A stretch of 63,572 nucleotides of DNA, filler included, from Collodictyon triciliatum (taxonomy: Eukaryota): the NCBI GenBank assembly GCA_043381765.1. It is 13 parts of 13 records of this genome, joined end to end, with 100 filler letters (N's around TTAATTAATTAA, not from the genome) between each part and the next. Parts side by side here need not be neighbours in the genome. Positions count along the whole stretch, not along the records: positions 56,826 to 61,884 come from JBHJMP010005527.1; positions 61,985 to 63,572 come from JBHJMP010005642.1; 11 more parts are not named here. The stretch is one strand, 5' to 3'. The notes under the pieces are model-generated. The model had not been told where the DNA came from. It ran no database searches and was given only the letters and a program-made list of their open reading frames with translations. Both the position numbers and the translations under genes were made by a program. Shown here in pieces: positions 59,436 through 63,572 of the stretch (the first letter of the stretch is position 1; every line of letters begins with the position of its first letter).

Positions 59436-61735
59436 CTAGTCAGAGAAGATGGCGTGCCAGATATTGTGCGGTTGGGCTGGGTCGTCAGAATGCTCATCCT
59501 TGGGTGTGTATGTCACTGGCGCGGAGTCTGGTTCTTTGCAGATGAGTCTGATGTGGCAGAGCGCGTGGGCCCATTGGACGCGTCTCGTCTGTGGCTGTGG
59601 TGTGGCTCTGCCGGTTCGGAGAATCGACTTCGGGCCTTTGGGGCGGTCTGCTTCGTGGGGCTCTGTGGGTTGGTGGCGAGTGGGGAAAACTGCGTGGATA
59701 AGTGACAAACGAAAAGGCAAAGTGATTCTAAATTAATATGTTTGTATCAATCATAATCATAATGGTGTTGATAAAGTGACTAGGTGGATTCATGAAGGAA
59801 AAAAAAAAAAAAACACGAGGAAAAAGACGCAGGAGATGAGATGAGATGAGATGAGATGAGATGAGATGAGATGAGATGAGATGAGATGAGATGAGATGAG
59901 ATGAGATGAGATGAGATGAGATGAGGCGAGGCATGAGGACTGGATTGTTATTTTTTCTCCTTTCTTCTTTTTGTCTCTTTTCTTCAGGTTTGCTTTCATA
60001 CGGATTTGATTTGTCTCTGTCGGTGGGGCATCTGGTGTTTTAGGTGTGTGGGCTTGAAACAGAGATTCGAGTTGCTCCCCAGTGAGTGTAGGTATTTCCT
60101 GGATGGTTTTAAGTGAAATGGTGTGTTTGTTGTGTCATTGTGAAAGTTAAGGATAAAATGAGTGTCTACGTGTCCACTAGGGTACTCCCTCAACGGCTTC
60201 TCGTCCTCTGTAGCATTAATGGTGCGTTCAGCTAGACTGAAGGGGATTGATTGCCTTTGTGTAATATGCAGGCGAATGACTAATTTTGGGCGGTATGTGG
60301 ACAATAACAATGGAAAAATAACTGGAAAACAATACATAATTTCCCCCCTAAAACTTCAGCAATCTATGGTATTAAAAGTGGATGACATATAGTCTATCAT
60401 AAAGGATAAAAATAAGCGGAAAAATAAAAATGCAACAAAAATGCAAGACGAAAATAGAAAAAGAAGAAAATTTAAAAACAATAATCACTCACAACGACTT
60501 CCACGACAGAGAAATAGATCCGAATACATCACCATCATATTTTCTAAAATAAATAATAAATAAATCATTACTTGAATGCAATTAAGCCAAAAATTAGTTT
60601 CACCGAATTGGTTATAGAGAGAAAGAATAAAGAAATAAATTGAGCAGTATAATATGGAAAGTCTGCGGTATGTACTGTTTCTTGGAGCGTGTTTTTGGAA
60701 CATTCAGAACGCCCAGAAGGCCAAAACTGGAGACCATTCGTGCGTAGCCATGGAATTGGTCTGAGTCCTCAGCCTTGAAGAAGATGTAGATGGATCTGTA
60801 AACCTTCCAAAAGCGATAAATGGGGAGAATAAACATCGAAACAATTCACTACAACTGAGTATCGCCAAATTCAATATACATGCGCCATTTTTTTTAAAAT
60901 AAAATGAAAAATCACAAAATTGGGAGGAAGAATAAAAAAATAAAATGAAAACTCACAAATATTGGTGTAATAAACACATAAAATTTCGGTGGATTTCTAT
61001 TGCGATATGTCAAATGGTCATGTCAAACAATACCCCAAAAGCGCGGTCCATTTTCTTGCATTCACTGTACTTCAGAAAAAACAGTTTTTTTTCTTTCGCC
61101 TCTCGAAAGTTTGCCAACGTTGGGAATATAAGCATAAAATACTTCTTATCTCCCTTAACTGGGAACCCTAAAACTCCGGTGTGCGCGCTTAGTTCTTTTT
61201 TTACTCTGACTGAGAAAAAATAATTTTGGTCAAACGATAGCTTTCGTCCTCTTTCTTATTCTTTTTTTTAATAGCAGCACAGAAGGTATTTTTTTTTTAA
61301 AAAAAAAGGTACATATCGAGATATTCATATCGAATTAGATTAAAGATTTGAAAAAAAATATCGAAAACATAAAGACCTCTGGATTTTTGAATAATTATTA
61401 CTTTAATAAAAAACAAGGATGAAGTACTTGCAAAATTAAAAATATCATTAACTGGCAATTAGCATATTAATAGAGAAATTTAGATTTATGGGCATATTTA
61501 ATGTCAATTACTTTGTTCATCCTCTTCAGAATCGTCGGGCATCGGCGTCTTTCTCTTCTTAAGTCCTTTGAAATCTCTCGAAATAGAGGAAGTTACGTTT
61601 TTCTTATGTATAGTTCTTCTATAACCCGAATGGTCATATTTCCCGCGCTCGCTGTGTCTCGCTCTGCCACCAAAGTATGGATCCATTTCATCCAGCTCTC
61701 TAACAGTATATTTTCCCCATTCAAACCATATTAGA
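59436..61735 (-). CDS. Divergent YTH-domain protein with C-terminal SILR/RVQW motifs (multi-exon, 5' truncated)
   Basis: KYFMLIFPTLANFREAKEKKLF..KKMDRAFG | VYRSIYIFFKAEDSDQFHGYARMVS | IPFSLAERTINATEDEKPLREYPSGH | EIPTLTGEQLESLF follow the YTH pattern. The last intron (~59687-60000) splices in frame. Confidence 0.72.
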
Positions 61736-63239
61736 ACCTTTAAAACAAAGCAAATAAAAAAGAAACATAACATAACATAACATAACATAACATAACATAA
61801 CATAACATAACATAACATAACATAACATAACATAACATAACATAACATAACATAACATAACATAACATAACATAACATAACATANNNNNNNNNNNNNNNN
61901 NNNNNNNNNNNNNNNNNNNNNNNNNNNNTTAATTAATTAANNNNNNNNNNNNNNNNNNNNNNNNNNNNNNNNNNNNNNNNNNNNCGGCTTGTTGTGGTGG
62001 GGGGGGTTGTTTTTTGCTCTTTGCTTTTTGCTTTTTGTTTTGTTTTGTTTGTTTGTGTGTGTTTTTTTTTTTTTTTTATATCCGTACGATTCCTTGAATG
62101 CACTTATGCACGTATTATTATCATTATCATTCACCAGAATATGAATTTATATCTATTATAATTCATCCACGGAACGTATTAGGTTTTGCATAAAAAGAGA
62201 CCATGAAAGCCATTACGACACACTGCACTCTGTGAGATTGTTCAAAAGGGTTCTCAAGATATTTTGAAATATGAATTGTATATGTTACATTTATGAAATA
62301 AAAGGTTAAAAAATGGGGGTATTTTTTTTTCATTTGATTGATTCAGTTAAGTTACAACCAAAAAGCATTTCAATCAATCAACGAGACAAAACTTGGGGGT
62401 TAAATGAATAGTCCATATCATAATTTTTTTTTTTTTTTTTTTATAGAAAAGCCTAAACCAAATAACTTCCGGGCCATAGATTGGCTATCCTGCCCTTAAT
62501 GATGAGCACTGTTCCAAGAATTGGGCTGGTATCACTCGGATAGTATTAATTTATTTGACCCGTGATTTTTTTTTTTTTTTACGATTGGCTTGGCACTCGG
62601 TTCGAGGGTTAAAAAAAAAGGACATATTTGATATTATTTGTTATGTAGCTATTTCCTAGCGTCTTGAAGTTAAATGTTTGATTTTTTTATTTTCAAAGGT
62701 ATTTATTGTTTCACATCTTACAATACTGTTGTTCGATATGAAAAAAAAGATTTTTTTTTTCGAGTTGCATTCAAGATATTGCATCATAAACATATACGCT
62801 CATATATTTTGAGATAAATAAAAGGGAAACATCAAAATTAAAAAATCAACCCAAAAGCGGATGCTTAATAGGTGAATTACTTCCAAAGAAAGGCGGTCTT
62901 TCGCTAAAAGCTTGCGGTTTGAATTCATCACTCTCATCTTCATCTTTGATTTCTGACCTTATTCCTGAGCTTCTCACATCCATGTTAGTGTCATCCTAAT
63001 TTAAAGGAACGGAATTTAGAAAATAAATGTACTTAGAAATATCAACAAATCAAAATAATAGCAAACATGCTTTCTCAATTTGATTTATTTTCCCACACAG
63101 ACACTAAATATTTATGGTTGATATATACAATACCGTCTGTGAAAGTGTTCTCTCAAATCTATATGAAACAATAAAGAGAAAAAAACATTGTGTTATCTCT
63201 AATTGAGTGCAATTTACAAAGTTACGGCTCTTAAGTGTA

Positions 63240-63410
63240 ATTGTTGTTTATCCGCCATATATAACTGCATAAATCAATTGGTTTGAATTTCAAAGGGGTG
63301 TTTGAATAGGCATCAAACTTTTTTCTATCCTGTTGTAGCTTTCCGTATATTATAGAATTGAAGAATCCCTCGACTGGCTTGAAAAAGAAGTTGAGATAAA
63401 ACAGAGCTAT
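63240..63410 (-). CDS. GPCR-like (cAMP receptor/GCR1-type) TM7 exon; further exons likely toward ~62850
   Basis: IALFYLNFFFKPVEGFFNSIIYG resembles the PxQGFxNxxxYG TM7 motif. Confidence 0.55.
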
Positions 63411-63450
63411 CTAAAAAAAAATGTGTCTTTTTAAATGATTTATTTAGCAA

Positions 63451-63572
<122 letters not shown>

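Overview
This is eukaryotic DNA, probably from an intron-rich, microsatellite-rich protist; the organism cannot be named from sequence alone. The window is not one locus. It is about 13 unlinked contigs of ~5.06-5.07 kb, sorted by decreasing length and joined by artificial N..TTAATTAATTAA..N spacers, so gene neighbourhood only has meaning within a contig. The main finding is two decayed copies of a Fanzor1 (eukaryotic TnpB-like RNA-guided nuclease) element, at ~170-2151 (+) and ~36744-38751 (-). Each is followed by a conserved, stem-loop-rich ~115-nt non-coding segment (putative omegaRNA scaffold). That segment ends at a shared hairpin plus CTAG|T terminus, after which the copies diverge into different putative guides. 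The terminus looks Helitron-like, and decayed STPR-repeat and other Helitron RepHel N-terminal-like sequence lies upstream of copy 2, suggesting a Helitron-borne Fanzor. Recognisable host genes, mostly spliced and partial, encode: a MORN protein, a bHLH-ZIP factor, PPP4R2, an RluA-like protein, a Regnase-type NYN RNase, an SLC13/TrkA-C permease with altered signature motifs, CAF-1 p150, a TPRG1/hSac2 protein, SCCPDH, a TKL kinase, a TPR protein, AP180/CALM, a 1.15-kaa membrane protein with an internal duplication, a divergent YTH protein with PP1-docking-like motifs, and a GPCR-like fragment. LINE remnants and very short TSD-flanked retro-insertions are also present. Boundaries of spliced genes are approximate, and all family calls are by-eye motif recognition, not database searches.
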